64,000 bases of DNA. Source: Trichosphaerium sp. ATCC 40318 (taxonomy: Eukaryota > Protista > Tubulinea). Made by a program: the position numbers and the translations under genes. The DNA is taken from NCBI GenBank assembly GCA_038496445.1, contig JALMLS010000448.1:277296-341295 (forward strand), in the 5' to 3' direction. A model generated the notes under the pieces. It was not told the origin of the DNA, did no database searches, and was given only the letters and a program-made list of their open reading frames with translations. Of this stretch, positions 1-16,900 are shown in pieces (positions within the stretch are counted from its first letter, which is position 1; the number at the start of each line of letters is the position of its first letter).

Positions 1-3000
1 AGTATGTTACTTCTATTGTATAACCCCTAATAACGGGTTTCTCTCTTCCCTGTTGTGACGAGGGCAAAAGCAATAAAATATCTTCTTGAAAAGAGGATAA
101 AGTAGTGCTGCACACTTACCAGCAAGCATACCAATGTTGTACATTAGCGCAATTATAACTAAGAAAGAGAATACTAATTGAGCGTCTCCAATATTTTTTC
201 TTTGAATCTCTTGTTCATACGATGATCCTGACTTGACGATAATATCAAGTCTAAATAAAATACATTAATAAAAACCAAGAAAAAAAAAGGAAAACAACAT
301 CAATCAACAACCCATCAACTGTTTCCCCCTTTTGTTGTGTAACATTGGATGTAAGAAACAAGGGAAATGTTGAGACATATTTTGATAATTGCACTTGAGT
401 GATGCCCAAGTAACAAGAAAATCAGGAAAAGGTGTCAAAGTTGTTGATGATGTTGGTTTGTAGATAGAACGTACCTAAAGTTGTATTCTTCCACATTTTG
501 TAAATCAAAACCATGTACTTCTGGAGCTTTAATATAACTATGTTTTATAATAGTATGCGCAAAGTATCCTACAACAAAGACAAAGTCACAAGTTTTGTTC
601 AGATAATTTACAAAAAAAAACCCACTCACCTGTAATGTCTTCATTAGTTATACGTATTATGGGAGTGGATTCTACCAACAATTCTATCTTTGCACTTGGT
701 AGAAATCTACCAACATCAGATATTGTCATAAGCTCCTGTGAACCTTGTAGAAAAGAAAACATTAGCACTGTCACAACCAAAACAATAATCAGCCTTAAAT
801 GTACCTTTTGTTGTAAAGTTTATCTTGATGGCAGCAAAATTGGGAGACCAACACTCTGTTGAAAGAAATGAAAAACTCATATTTGTACCATCTTTAAAGC
901 TTTGATCAGATTCTAGAAATTGTATAGCATATGTGTTTTCTGCATACATTTCAAAATCAACATTTTGACTGTTAGTATTAAAAGAATACCAACTGCGGTC
1001 TGACTTGTTACAATATGTAACATTCATACCGACCCACTCAATTGTGACCTCAGTGTATGAATTACTATTGGGTAAAAGTGTTATTGTTCAGAAACATGTT
1101 GAGAAGCTTACCTTTGGAGGTGTTTGTAAAAATCCAAAACATTATGAGGTGCTGATGCCAACAACTCACTTGATGTTTCTCGTAACACATTCAATGGCCT
1201 TATAGACTCTGCTCCAATGATCATTGGTTCTCTTTCAAAGTCAAAGTAGATGTACAGCATGCACACAATACCAATAATACAAAAACCAATGGTACATATT
1301 GTAATCAAACCTCCGATCAAGTTACCTTTTGTTTGATACTTACCATTAACAATCAGTGGTGTTTTATTCATATCCATAGACTTGAGCTTATCTAATAGCC
1401 ATGTATTACCATTTTTGGTACATACAAGTACGATCAACAGCAACAGCAAAATGAGAGAAAAATTTGCTATTGTCATCCAAGGAGCAGGTCCGTTCTTGTT
1501 AAAGAGTTGATCAAGGAATTGCTTTTGTACTGACTTTGGTGTCAACTCTGTAAAAGGGAACCTCAGTGACTGTGCTGATTCTGCTAAAGTTTCTTCATCA
1601 AAATTCATTATAGATCCAGGTGGACATGTTTTCTTTTTTTTTGGTGTACAAAGCGCACACGATGACATAGTTTCGTTTTTGTAATAACCTAGAAAAAAAT
1701 AAGAAACATAAATTGTTGATGTTCTCCTTTCAATAACACACGTGTTTCAGTTGAAGTATGATGTTTATAAAAGACACAACATTGTTTATGGTACTTGGAG
1801 AAGTAATCTTACGTTATTCTTACCTTGTTTGCAGAAAGTGCAAGGCATGAGGTTTAGTCTAGTACTATCAACCTCTTTTCCTTGTCCGCAAGAAGCTATA
1901 AAAACATCATTTCCTGCATAATGTGGCCGTTGATTGAAACCAACACTAATTGTAAGACGGCAAGTTAAAATCAAAGTGTAGAAAATAACACGTGCTCTAC
2001 TTTGGGCTTTGCTCCCTTCTCAATGCTTAATGATCCATTTACTGAACTTCCAATATATAAGCTTCCTTTTACTTGTACAACACGCTGTATAGGACGAGGA
2101 CCAAGGGTATCACGAAATGGATAGTACGCATAATATTCAGATATTTTTTTAAGGCGGGCTTGTTTACTTGTCGGACTGCTAAGTGTCCAGCAGTACAAAC
2201 AATACTTGCTCTTTTAATAAAATTTGTTAGCACATATAGTAAGGTATTGAACATACGTAGTTAAGATCATACAGATAACAAGATAGGTGTAAATCGCAAT
2301 AAGAACCATAGTGTTCACTGGGTCGTGACCAAAGAGCAAACTCTGAATAATAAGCTTGACTAAAGCAACCAAGCGTTCTATCAAGACAAAAATAAAATGG
2401 AATGACCCACAATACATCGTATGCACTTATTACTACAAGTGCATCGTTTTGTATTCTTTCTAACAATAATAATGAGATGTAAAACTGAGGAAGAACTTTA
2501 CTTTATACATGAAAAAAAAGTTGGTTTTCGAAACACCACACAACATTACGCTTCTAAATAACAAGTGTAGAATTTGATGAAGACTAAAATACTATGGAAA
2601 GGTTGATTTTTATGGTGTAGTGACCCAAAAAAGGGTAAACGAAAAAAACATCAAATAAACCGTACTGGCATAGACTGTAAAGTCTTGTGGAATTGAGTAT
2701 CCTTCAACCTCAATTTTATAAAAATATGACCTATTCCATCGACCATTCAATGTTTTAACCATTGATAAAATACCCAGTTCCTCGTCATTTTTAACACCAA
2801 TCAACTATGTCAGATTAATGAATCGATATTTTTTAAAGTACAAATGAAATAGAAGTTCTAACACACAACGTACCCATAGACGCTCAAGTTCATACTCATA
2901 TCGTATGTTTTTAATAACAAATCCTTCTTCTTCATATTCAATAAAATGCCATGAGTTAATAGTACCACCCGAAACATTAAAAGAAACAGCACGTGTGAAT

Positions 3001-3562
3001 AAATTAATCACAACTGTATCGTTCCATGCTTCTACAATTGAATCAAAGTGGTATGATGTTCCATTCATAATACTACTCCATTTCACAGTTGACTTTTGCA
3101 CAAGTTGTTTCACGTCATCCTCCCATTCCCAAATTTCTACAGATTCACGGAATGTAAAAAAGAAAGCGTCTTGCTGACACCCCAGTTAGCACGTATTCAT
3201 CCCAATTAATGGTTAAAGAAGCTTTGAAACGTACATTCACTCTAGCGACGCTTATTATGGGAGAATAGAAGCGTGTTGTGTTACAACCGAAATAACCATT
3301 GTAAACGAATGTGGCTTTGTGCTTATTAGGTTTTGCGATAGTTTTGTATGCGTACCATTGTTATAAAGGGCTATTACGTTCTGGAATCGGTCTTGAATAA
3401 ACTGTGATTCTTAAAAGGTATTAGTACGCTTAATATTAGACCATACGCCTCACCTAATGGAACCAATGTTGGTTTATCGTCTTTAAACATACATTGCGCT
3501 TCTAAGCCCTCAAAAATACTCACAGCGAGCAGAAAAACAATCAATGTACACTGTCGCTGCAT
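1..3562 (-). CDS. Multi-exon surface/membrane protein 'gene A', copy 1 (signal peptide, large ectodomain, Cys-rich segment, ~3 TM helices); stop codon cut by the window edge
   Basis: ATG at 3562 with signal peptide MQRQCTLIVFLLAVSIFEGLEA. ORF fragments join across GT-AG introns. Contains CTFCKQG...CALCTP..TCPPGS, three hydrophobic segments and the C-terminus ...RGYTIEVTY. Inverted paralog of 20970-24647. Confidence 0.75.
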
Positions 3563-3841
3563 GTACCTTTTACAATCAGACCGTGAGCTTAATTCGCTTA
3601 AACTGTTGCTGCTTAACTTAACAACGCCGGATTTTCCGGATTATTATCGATATGTTCGTACACCATGTGTAAGGCTATGTTGCCTCAAGAGTAATTCTAT
3701 GTTAGCACACAGTTTTCATCTTACTTGTACTTCGTACTCATAATGTGAGATGTGTTGAACAGGTTTTTTACCTGAATGAACAACAAAAAGATAGCACGAC
3801 TTTTAGCACCGAACGAAGAATGTGCACATGAATGTTGCTAT

Positions 3842-4855
3842 TTATTGACTATCACGCTTTGCACAGTTGCCACTGTTAGGATTGCAGTACAAGTTTGGCA
3901 TTAGCCTTCCAGTCCATTTTGCTCTTAATCCAGCGATAGCATTATGGTTTGAGGATTGATCCCAAAAGCTAAATCCGAACTTTTCTCGATGAAAAAATGG
4001 ACCAACATGTCCTCCCCAGAATCCCTCAGCAATTAAAGTATTGCACAAAGAGCGAGACCACTTTAAAGACCAAGGAATGTTTGACTTTGAAGCACCAAAA
4101 GCACCTTCAGCGCCCTGTACAGTAGTACATGGAGGGTGACCAGGAGGCAAGTATGGTACTTGATCTGCAGGCGAAGGAATGAAAGTAGCACCACAGTGCG
4201 CGTTTCCAGATCCTTGGCAAGGACCGTATGCGCTTCCTGTAGTACCAGGGTATGCAGCGTCCCACATTGTAGTATGCTTACGTTGTTGGCCCCACAAGGC
4301 ACGAGCGAACATACAATGATCTTTCTTCACTTGTCTATCAGCACTAGTGTATCCTAAACAACAATGTGAGCTTTTTGATTAAAACGCTACGTGATTAGAA
4401 AACGTACCAACAAGTGCTCTTACATGGTTAATCGCAATACGATGCCATTCATCGACTTCTGCTTTGGTTGGGTTTGCATTGTCGGCAAAAGGTTGATGTT
4501 GGTAGAACACCTCGCGAATACCTCTAATACGATCGACACTTGGACAAATAGCTTTCCAGAACGCTCTTTTAGACATTGTAGAAGGGTCATACGTTGTTAC
4601 ACCGTCCCATTCTGAGTGACGCCATGCATTTTGTGAGATCCAACCGACGCCATCAGGGTCATGAGCGGTGTTTACTCCTGAAATCGCTTTTGCGTTCATT
4701 ATCGACCAATCTGCTTGGTCTGGGGTGTATTGTACAAGAAGTGTTGCTGCAGTAGACAGTACAAATATACATAGTAGTAACGTTGCTATCAAAGAGTTAG
4801 AATCCTCGCAGTTCATAATTCTATTTTCGTTTTCATAGGTACCGGAGGTTTTCAT
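3842..4855 (-). CDS. Secreted Cys/Gly/Trp-rich protein 'gene B', copy 1 (possible CAP/SCP-like fold), 3 exons
   Basis: Spliced MKTS|ATLLLCIFVLSTAA...VRALVG|YTSADRQVKKDHCM...CAKRDSQ*. CAP-like motif order: INHVRALVG, GAEG, GGHVGP, EKFGFSF. Paralog of 25863-26965. Confidence 0.75.
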
Positions 4856-5454
4856 TTCAGAAATAGGTGTTATCACGTGTTGTTGTTTTGAAGTGTTGTT
4901 TGTATGATAATTGTATAAATGATATGTAGTCTGAAAAGTGTCGAGTTTTACCCGTGCACAATGTCACTGATCGCGCTATAAATAGTTGTAAATACTAAAC
5001 TGTTATTCCAATAAAATGAAGCGTGCTAGCTGTAGCTAGTGTGCCGCTATTTACATAAAAACAAAATTGGGTACTAAATATGATAAAGAATCCTGCAGTA
5101 CCGAAATAATCATCGCAATGGGTAGGTATGTTTTATTAATATGATTTATGAACAAGAAGTTTCGCAGTATGACATATTCTTTATGGATAGATTAGGAGAT
5201 ACTATCACAACCAAAAACCACTTGGAAAACACGTGAACCAAACGTAAGAAGTACATCTCTTTTAGGACCACCTTCTAACGAATCTTGCGGGAAAAGATCG
5301 AAACAGTTTGTGTTTTTTTCGGACTGTTTGGGGTGTATAGTATCAGTTAGCAGCTTTGATTTTATCCATACTTGATAACCCGTTACCTTTTTAGGGGAGA
5401 ATTGGGAAATGATATATTTCTGCTTGGTATCTGTTCGTGATATGCCCGCACCCA

Positions 5455-5588
5455 AACGAACGGGTCGTCACGCAAGATACAACGAAAGGGTCATTCACAC
5501 AAGATGAAACGAAAGGGTCGTTCACACAAGATGTAACGAAAGGGTCGTTCACACGAGATAAAACGAACGGGTCGTTCACACAAGAAAA
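5455..5588. repeat. Tandem array of five 26-27 bp units, consensus AACGA(A/C)GGGTCGTTCACACAAGATxx
   Basis: Units start at 5455, 5481, 5508, 5535 and 5562. There are no unique spacers. The consensus unit has an internal AACGA/TCGTT inverted repeat. Confidence 0.95.
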
Positions 5589-7248
5589 CTGCATTTTTAC
5601 TGCATTTTATAAGTTGTTAGAATAACACTCATTTCGCAGTATTTAGCATATTGACCTCTACATAATCCATGAGAGGCTTGTTGGCAACTTATTCGTTTTC
5701 GGTATTTAGATCTGTTTTATTTTTGGTTTTCTTGTCATGTAAATAAACCTCCGTGCACTAATCTCACTGTATTTCAATAACCAGCACTGTCGCTATGATG
5801 TTCCCTAGGGCGTTATTGAGGAATGTAAAGCCAACATCCTTGAATAATAGCCATGTTATGGCTGTACACGTGTTTTACTCCGTTACAGACGTTTGGGTAA
5901 ACGTCTGTTGGCTTCGTATAAATCAACAACAACATCAACCGACAAAGCTTAAACAACATGGCAAGCAGCAATCACCCACATCCCACCCAAACATTTCCGG
6001 TTCAATTTGTTTTTATAAAACTGTAAAAACCTTTTTTTTATTTTCCAAGTGTTCTTGTATAATATAACAAATACTTGGCGCTGCGCTAGAGCCACAAGAC
6101 ATTTTTTATTCCTCCCAACGTCGTCCTAGTTAGTGTTCCTTGGGTAGTTGATAGAAGAAAGTCAACTGAGAGTGTTAGAACTCTAACATAATAGAAAATC
6201 AAGGTAATCGACTTCCGGCAAACAAGGTGTTGCTAGTTTTATCTGGGCTCATGGAAATTTGCCTAAAATCGTCAAGAGCACTCTCGAATATGCGGCGGTA
6301 CCTGTTTCGTATTATAGTTCTGGAGTGTTTGAAAAGTCTTGGTCATCTAGCTGCCTTTTGAATTTGTGAAGTTTCCTTCCAAAGGCTGTTGCAACTTCTG
6401 TCGTCAACATCGCTCTATACAATAATGTCATAAACAATTACAGCAAGTCCATGACAGCTCTAAGCGGTTGAATAATGCACTAGATTGTAAATGGTTTATG
6501 GTGTAAGGATTCACCTGTGTACCAGCACGATCTGTTATCCATTGAATTTTGTCCTGCAACAATGTTGAAGGGCACACGAAAGATGAGAATACGTGTAAGA
6601 GAGACGTGGCCTTAGTTGTAGGATAATAGCGTATTTATTAAAGGCATTATGTACATAATTCAGAGAAATACATATAATGTCATTATCGAATATCATTAAT
6701 CTCATGATTAAATGTAATCAGAATAGTAGCATATGCTGTTGCACGTTACATATCCAGTTTTCTGGCCTCAGTGGGTGTTGGAGTGTAAATGGTTATGTTT
6801 GAGGACCATTTTTCATTGTCGTACATACCTTTATGCGTAGCAAAAAAACTGGGCCAAACAAGAAAAAGAAAGCTCTCTGAAAAAGGGTCAGAATTGAGCA
6901 ACGTTCAGATATAAGATTGAATTGCGTAACGAATGTGAAATAGCATAGTTTCCAAATATGTAACAAGAATACTTAATACCTACTAACTACTGCCGTATAC
7001 CTTAGCTACGGTTATAAGACGTTGTAAATAGTACAAGGTAAGGAGAAATCTAATTTATTAACTAACTTATATACATAGGTTTAAGTAACTTCGTTATCTG
7101 AATGATAGCGAATGGCAAATACAACAAGGTCATATACGACAATACGAGAAATACAAAGCCTTGGTAAAATTTGCTCTGACGAGTTTAATCACAAAGACAT
7201 ATCAACGAAAGATTAAGTTTATTTGTCTTACAAAATAGTAGTAAGAGC

Positions 7249-8833
7249 TTAAGCGAGGAAGCTCTCGAATACTTCGTTTTCACCACCTTCGAAGATACGA
7301 GTAATTGGTACCCAAGCTGGTTTACCATTCTTGGCGAGGTACTCAGCAGCGTAGAACAAAGCCTTTTTCTTTTCACCAGTTGATGAATCTTTGCCAACCC
7401 AAGCGAAAACTTCTGGACCTGGAAGTAAAAGTTAATATAGTTACTCAAGTTTATGTTTGGTTACACCAAAAATAACGTACCAACATCGAAGATGAAGACA
7501 TCCTTTGAGTCGAACATGTCACGCTTGATTGCGCCCTTTGCGACTTCAGTGAAAGTGAAGGATCCAGACTCGTCAGAGAGTTTGTTTAGAACACATGATA
7601 CCTAAGGGTCAAGATAAGTAAATAACAAACCGCTAACATCAAAAAACTCGGCATGTGGCAGTTCACGTACACCAATCTCTTCGTCTTTTTCTACGGCATC
7701 CTTTGACTTGATGTCTCCGGCAGCGCCTTCCAAAGCTTCGTAGAATTTGGCACAATCATCATCACCTTCTTCAATGACAACAGTAGTTGGTTTACCACCA
7801 CGCTCATCATCAATAGCACGTGTCAATTGAGCGGCTTTACCCTTTTCGGCAGCACCAGATTTTGAACCGTTCCATTGAGTGATAGTCAATCCTTGGTCAA
7901 GAATGAAAATATCACCTAAACATTTTATAATTAGTATCTTTTTTCAAGATCACGTGATTAAATTATTTTTGGTGTATCAAAAAAATGCGTACCTGAGTTC
8001 ATGGATGCAGTGGCGAGAGGTACTTCACGTACAACAACGTTGTTAACCTTACCCTTGATCCATAAGAGACGTGGTTTGTATTCCTACAGTCCATAGGTTA
8101 GTACAAGAAAAAAAACAAAAAAAATGGCGGTTGAGGAATCTAGAATCACATGCACATTTACCTTTTCTTCAACGTGGGTGAAACCGCTATCTACACCACC
8201 TTCGAGAATCTGTATTGGTGGATCGGCGAAATACCCTTGGAAGAGCTTGGATTCGTGATCCTAGCAAAAGTTTTAATTTTTGGGCGAGAAAGAAAAACTT
8301 TACAAACCTGAACTTCACGATGTTGAACAGGAGCGCCGCCGAGCAAATCATCAAGTTCTACTGTCTATTCATTCTTTTAGCACGATAGAAGGTTAACAAA
8401 AGGTCGTACCTTGTAAGCAGCAGTACCGGCTTCGTCTTGCGTGGTGTACCTTTTCCGGAGGGTTAGTTTACAGTCTAGGCGAGGCGAGAGATGTTTTAGG
8501 CTCAAACTTACTTTCCAAGCCAAAAGTGAACGTCGTAGCAGTCCTTGTTACCCTTTTTATAGGTTTTCAAGACAATGTATGAGTCTCCGCTGTAAAATTT
8601 ACCAATGTCGCATTTTGTGAGCTTGCGGACGTTGAACTTCTCAATTCTCCAGACTTGAAGAGGCTCTTTACCAGCACCTTGCCACTATAATAACTTTTAG
8701 GATAAAAGATACAACTTCAAGTCCGTACAGCGTCTTCGGATTCAGCGGCAGCTGTTTTGATCTTTTTTTCGATATCGCTACCGAATAGAGCGAGGTTTGT
8801 ATCGGCTACGTTGTATTCCTTTTGCTTTAACAT
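7249..8833 (-). CDS. Severin/fragmin-type three-domain gelsolin-family actin-severing protein
   Basis: MLKQKEYNVADTNLALFGSDIEKKIK..., [66 protein letters not shown]; about 9 introns. Confidence 0.93.
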
Positions 8834-9585
8834 GTTGGTGAGATGCTGAAAAATGACCGTAACGGCATCGCAAAATGTGTACTGATACACGTAACGCCGT
8901 TGGCGCTTTGTGACGCTATAATGGTGTTCTAGGATTGCACTTCGCAACGTGTTCGTTATCAGTTGCGCGTTGACACTTGAATGTGCACCATGTGCAGTTC
9001 TCAAGGTCTGGAAAAGGGCCTACGGACAAAAAAAGATCGCACAACGCAAAAAACAAAAAAATGGAAGAAACACACTGTTTTTTCCCGACAATGCGTGTTA
9101 CCCTTGAAGCATCTCCTTGGAGAATAACTCTTTGACCGATTTATGTGTTTGGTGGTTTTTCCGTTATGAATTTTTTTAATATTACGCTACACGTGATAAC
9201 TTCGCCCAAAAAGGCGTAATTTAGCGTCGTTTCATTTCTGTAGTCTTTTTTTAGTAAATGGTAACAAAAACTCTGCGTTTCACCTTTTTTCTAGCACTAC
9301 TATCTGCTTACGCATTATTTATAGTAGAGAACACTAGAGTTCTCGTGATACAAGGCGCTAAAAAAAATATTGTGCCTTGTGTCACTATTGAAGCGCTTCT
9401 ACAACTTTAAGAATGTTGTTCTAGGCGTCGCTATGCCTGTTACAACACACTCCGGCAAGGAAAAAAACTTGTAACTCCTGTAGCATCAAGAACGTTTTTA
9501 TGTACATTTTATTCTATTAGCATTCTTTTATACAAACCCTCTAATCTACCCATCCTCTAGAAAGCCATTTTTTTTCAAATATTCA

Positions 9586-12035
<2,450 letters not shown>

Positions 12036-12467
12036 GCCAGCACCAAAACTACTGAAAATTCACCTTTTGAATTGCGCTTGGAGTAAAATCCAAAATTGGC
12101 GTACTTAATTCAACTTAAGGCTTACTCGCCAAAAATGAAACGAGAAATGTCCTTTGATGATAAAATACTGTTTACTACTAGCCTTGCCAAGGACAACAGC
12201 GCACTGAACTTAATTATCAGTGAAGACCGTTACAAAAAAACATTTCACGTGTCCAGCACTTTATTGGTTACCATCACACTATGCCTGCTTTGATAAACTG
12301 TTATGCTGCCTATACACTGCAATCGCCATTTGATATATTATCAATGTGTATGGTGGTATATTCACATCAAGCAGCAAAGTGCAACAAAGCAAACAAAAAG
12401 TATGCTGTGCAAGTACCGTCTCAATGGGAATATGGAAGTCGCTGATTTCATCTGTTTAGTTCTAATT

Positions 12468-13800
12468 TTAGTCTGCCCAGTGTGGACCACGCTTGTGTGA
12501 AGATTTCTTTTTTCTTCGTCTGTTATTATTACGTTTATCATTCCGTCCCTTCTTGTTATTATTTTTACGTCCTTCGTCACCAGCTTGTTTCATGGATGCT
12601 TTACCAAACATTCTTATCTCATAAGCTACTAGTTGTTCCATGAATCCAATATTTGGTAAACAACGCTCGTTTCTCTCTGTCAAAAAAGCATAACAAAGAT
12701 CAAGAGGTTGTTTGTATGAGTACATAAGGTATGCTAGTACTAGGGCTGATGACCTGCTGACACCTAAATATATACAATTCAATACTCTGAAATAAAATCA
12801 TTGAATGTAAATTGGGTGGGTAAAGATTGTGGTAAGACCTGACAAAAAACCAAAACGAACTCGGTTTTTAGTTGTCAGATTTTTTCCTTTTGCGTACCTC
12901 CTCTGCAATGTACAAGAGTAACACCTCCTTCTTTGCGTGCCCCATCTAGATAGTGTAAATTTATTAAAAATGTAGCGTCATAGCTTACCAATAAACCTGC
13001 AAGTCTCGTTAAAGTACTCACTTATTTTAACAAATTTTCTATCTTCTACTGGGAGATCCAAGTATGCTAATTGGTCTCTGAAATAACTTGGCTACAAGAG
13101 TTACTTAAATAAAGCCAATGTAATAGTAATAAACACATACAACAACTCCGTCTGTAGCATTGACAACATGCGTTACACCACATGACAACAAAAAAGATAT
13201 TCTTTCAGCTGTTATATCTCTACCCTGAACTAGAAAAGGCGTGACTTCTTTGAGACCATACTTCCTTGTATTAAGGCTGTACTCTACACCACGATAAGTA
13301 TCACATGAAACAAGACATAAGCCTTACCTGTAGGGAAAGGAATAGGACCTGACGCCTCTTCTTCGTCATCATCAGTTGTGTCTGTAGTTTCTTCGTTGTT
13401 CAATTCCACATCATCTTCGTCTGTGTCTTCGTCTGTGTCTTGGTCTTCGTCTTCCTGCTGATCACGTGAGACTGTGAATCGAGAATTTCTAAGCGTACAA
13501 CATTGAAACTAAGCCACAGTTTTATGTTATCTTTGCTTTCGGCTATGTCTTTTAGGTTTGCTTCTCTGGAATGATCTTTAGATATTTTGACGCGTGTTGA
13601 AGAACGTACGTCACAATTTGTACTTTGTTTCCTAGTTTGTCTTCGAAGTGAATTACAATCGTTTCGTCTTCGTGTGGTAGAGCAATTACAGTTGAAATAG
13701 ACGTTTTTAAGGCTTCTACCGATTCAGTAGATACATCTATGCTCTGGGAGGTGTCATTTACGTAGACTTCGCATGTGCGGGTTATAGAAGGCTTTTCCAT
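12468..13800 (-). CDS. Dual-specificity protein phosphatase with an N-terminal PB1-like domain and acidic linker
   Basis: Spliced active site LVHCRG|GVSRSSALVLAYLM and PNIGFMEQL; ITHVVNAT-type motif; D/E-rich linker. Confidence 0.85.
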
Positions 13801-13963
13801 GGTGTAATAAATGTTTAGCTGAAATTTAGTGAAGGATTACTCAAATCAAGATAGTACTACCTTCACCAGTTTTGGCTTGAGTTTCAGCTATATTCTGACA
13901 GCTACAATGAAAATGAAATAAGTTGAGACTTAACCGTGAAAAAGTTTGTCGATTTGAAGCACT

Positions 13964-16900
13964 ATGTTTGATGCCGCACGGGCATCATTCGCTGGTACAA
14001 AGACCAAGGTGTTCAGGGAGATCCAGATCCCTGTTGGTGTCACTTCACCCAAACTCCAAGAATATTCACTCCCACAGCCACGAGATTATAATATTGAGCC
14101 AATTGCTACTGTAGCAGAAAAAGCGGGTGGATTTACGTTTGCTCAAGGCAATCGGTATATAATATGGTACTGACGCTATTGCGCGGCCAGAAGTAACAAA
14201 AAATAGGCGGGTAAGTGGACAAACGCTCCAGCTAGAAGAACTGTACGAAAATCATGATCTACACAACAGCGCTGTATCGTTGAGGTTCCCCGGTGCGTCA
14301 ATACTAGGTTTTAGCACGCTTTCTGTTTATTTTTATTAGAGACGTTAGTTGGTTCAGTAGCTATATCAGAGGATCCCACAAGTGCGCACGAAGGTACAAT
14401 TGTAACAGTAGTAGCCTTCAGTGGCACAATATACCACTTTCGATTCTATCACCCCAAAGTACGCTAAAACATACACAACGCGACAACTCAACAAAATATA
14501 GTCTATGGAAGAAAAACATTCGAGAGACGCAACACCTGACTCAATATTTGCGTATATACGTTCATCAGACTTTGCAGTACGTATTCTATGCTTTATTTAA
14601 CAAAATAAAACTCTTTTTTTCAAATTTTAGCGCGAGCTTTTCAAAAAAAAATCGAAAAAATTCAAAAACTCATTTATACTAACTCGTAATCTACTGTAGC
14701 AATCACTGGTAAGGCGAGATGCATTAAATGGTGCTAGAGCAGTTAGTATTGCAAGCTATTCAATGTATTCTGTCGCTGTAAGCGCTAGTAATGGGTAAGA
14801 TGTTTTTCTTTTGTTTTTTTTTCTTTTGTTTTTTTTTTTCAGTTGTTGGCTTTCTATTATTTATCTAATACTGCCCCTAAGGTCGGTGTTTATCATGAAG
14901 TTTCAAGTACGAGATAGTGAAAGCTTATCGTGCAATACAAAGGCTGAACTTAAGCAATCAATCCTCACATCATTGTTTCAACGCCGTTCGCCTATAAAAG
15001 ATATGAAGATCCATGAGTGTACAACAATGCGTACTAAATTAATCGTAACACTGGATGAAAACCATAAACTTTGTATTTGGGATGCAGAAAGAAGAGTAAG
15101 TGAAGACCAACATCATTCTTTGAAATGTCAAGTTCTGATTTTTTTATTTTTTTCTTAAAGGCTTGCATTACTTCAAAAGTCATTCAATGGGATTCATACG
15201 GTTCTGGTAAAGACTTACCAAAGGCACAAGGTATTAGATAATTTTTGGTGTAATTTATACTTATCACGTGCCATACACGTGAGAAAAAAGAGAATCAAAT
15301 TTAGGTGTGGTAAATACTGACGCTGTTATTGTAGAAATCTTGGATAGCAGACTAGGCTTGTATTCGTTTGACAGCAACCTTTTCTGTTTGGTTGTTTATT
15401 TATGTCGTGAAGATTCTTCCCAATTTCAAATATACAGATGTGCTATTAATAATAACCAATTAAATGCACAAATTCATGCAGTATCATATTACGAACCAGA
15501 CAGGCTTGTAGATTTTGCAGTAGATGATGGATTCTTATGGGCAATGTGGTGTGAAAAGTACGTACAAAATTGTGGAAGTTACATATCTCAAAAAACTAAT
15601 ATTTCTTGTCTCTGTAGGCACGCTGGAAATACTCTGTTCTATAACTTGAAGAGACTACATTTTGAATTATCTGATCCTATCCAAAAGATCGATTCTATGG
15701 ATTGTGTTGCACACAAAGCTGTTTTAAACGTAAGTACCCTGTAATTTGATAGTATCTAGCTTTTTGTTGATGCTGACTCACGCCTGTTTAGAATTGGCAT
15801 GGTGCTTCTTTATCAGAGCCTAGTGAAGTAGTAGAGCTTTTAGACGCATTATACGACGCTGAGCATCCTCCAGAAGATATGTTTTTAGAGGTAGAATATT
15901 AGCTGTTTATTAAGTATTAATTCCAACCATCAAGGCAATTTTTCATCCAAATCGCTTCTCTAAAGAATGCATATCTATCGCTTTATATGAATATAATGGT
16001 GTTAATATGAGTGGTGCCACTTTATACATGCTACGCGAAGCTGCTGTACAAGCAGTAGCTAACAGAGTACGAAACAGCCGTCAGAAAAAATACAAAAACA
16101 GGCGATGCTTTTGTTCGTTATTCGAACAGTTGCACTTCTTCTCCGATTTCTCTCTTACACTCAACTCTAATATATTTTTCTGTAGGTAGCAGTAGCAACA
16201 GAAATGGGTGATTACGTTACAGGCTATGATGCATTCTTTAATCAATGGGCATCATTCTTACAATGCTGCTTAACTGCTTACCTTAAGGAATCACAACCTC
16301 TTGGTATCTTTTGTTCGGGATCAGTTGGACCAGTTATTGTTAGACAAGGAGCTCTATCTTTTTTGAGAAACTGTAATACCTTGGAGGGATTTTATATTCA
16401 ATTCTATTGGAATAGCAATGGTGGGTTTAGTAGCGTTTCAACTGTTGAGAGATATATGCTTTCTCATGGATATGCTCATACTGAGCATATGGATTTACTT
16501 CAGCTCTTGACTTGCGCACGTGTGATTCATAGCCAGGTACCATATTTTGTGGTCAATGACGTTTGAAAGCTTGCTTACACATGTGTAGGTTGGTCATGTT
16601 GGTATTGCTGCGTTTGAAGAAGATATGTTGTATCTTGGAGTAAGAGATGCAATAGTTAGGCCTGTAACACAACTTGTGTGTCCATCACAGTACGTCAATT
16701 AGTATTTTTTATAGGGATGGCTTCTTACTTAAACTTGTTTTAGAGCAGACGCTGGTGATGAAAAAGGTGAACATGCTAGAGAACCTTTCTTGCCGCCTTT
16801 TATACGTAAATTCAAGTCTATAAAAAGACCAATTGAAACTCTACGACTCATTCTTAATCTACTGGAGGACTTTGAACTCAACGGAGAGTATGCGTTTCTA

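Noticed and set aside
5455-5588. CRISPR-like array
   Set aside because: The units are contiguous with no unique spacers, there are no cas genes, and the context is eukaryotic.
5600-7180. Possible gene remnants on the minus strand
   Set aside because: No consistent spliced frame or recognisable motif.
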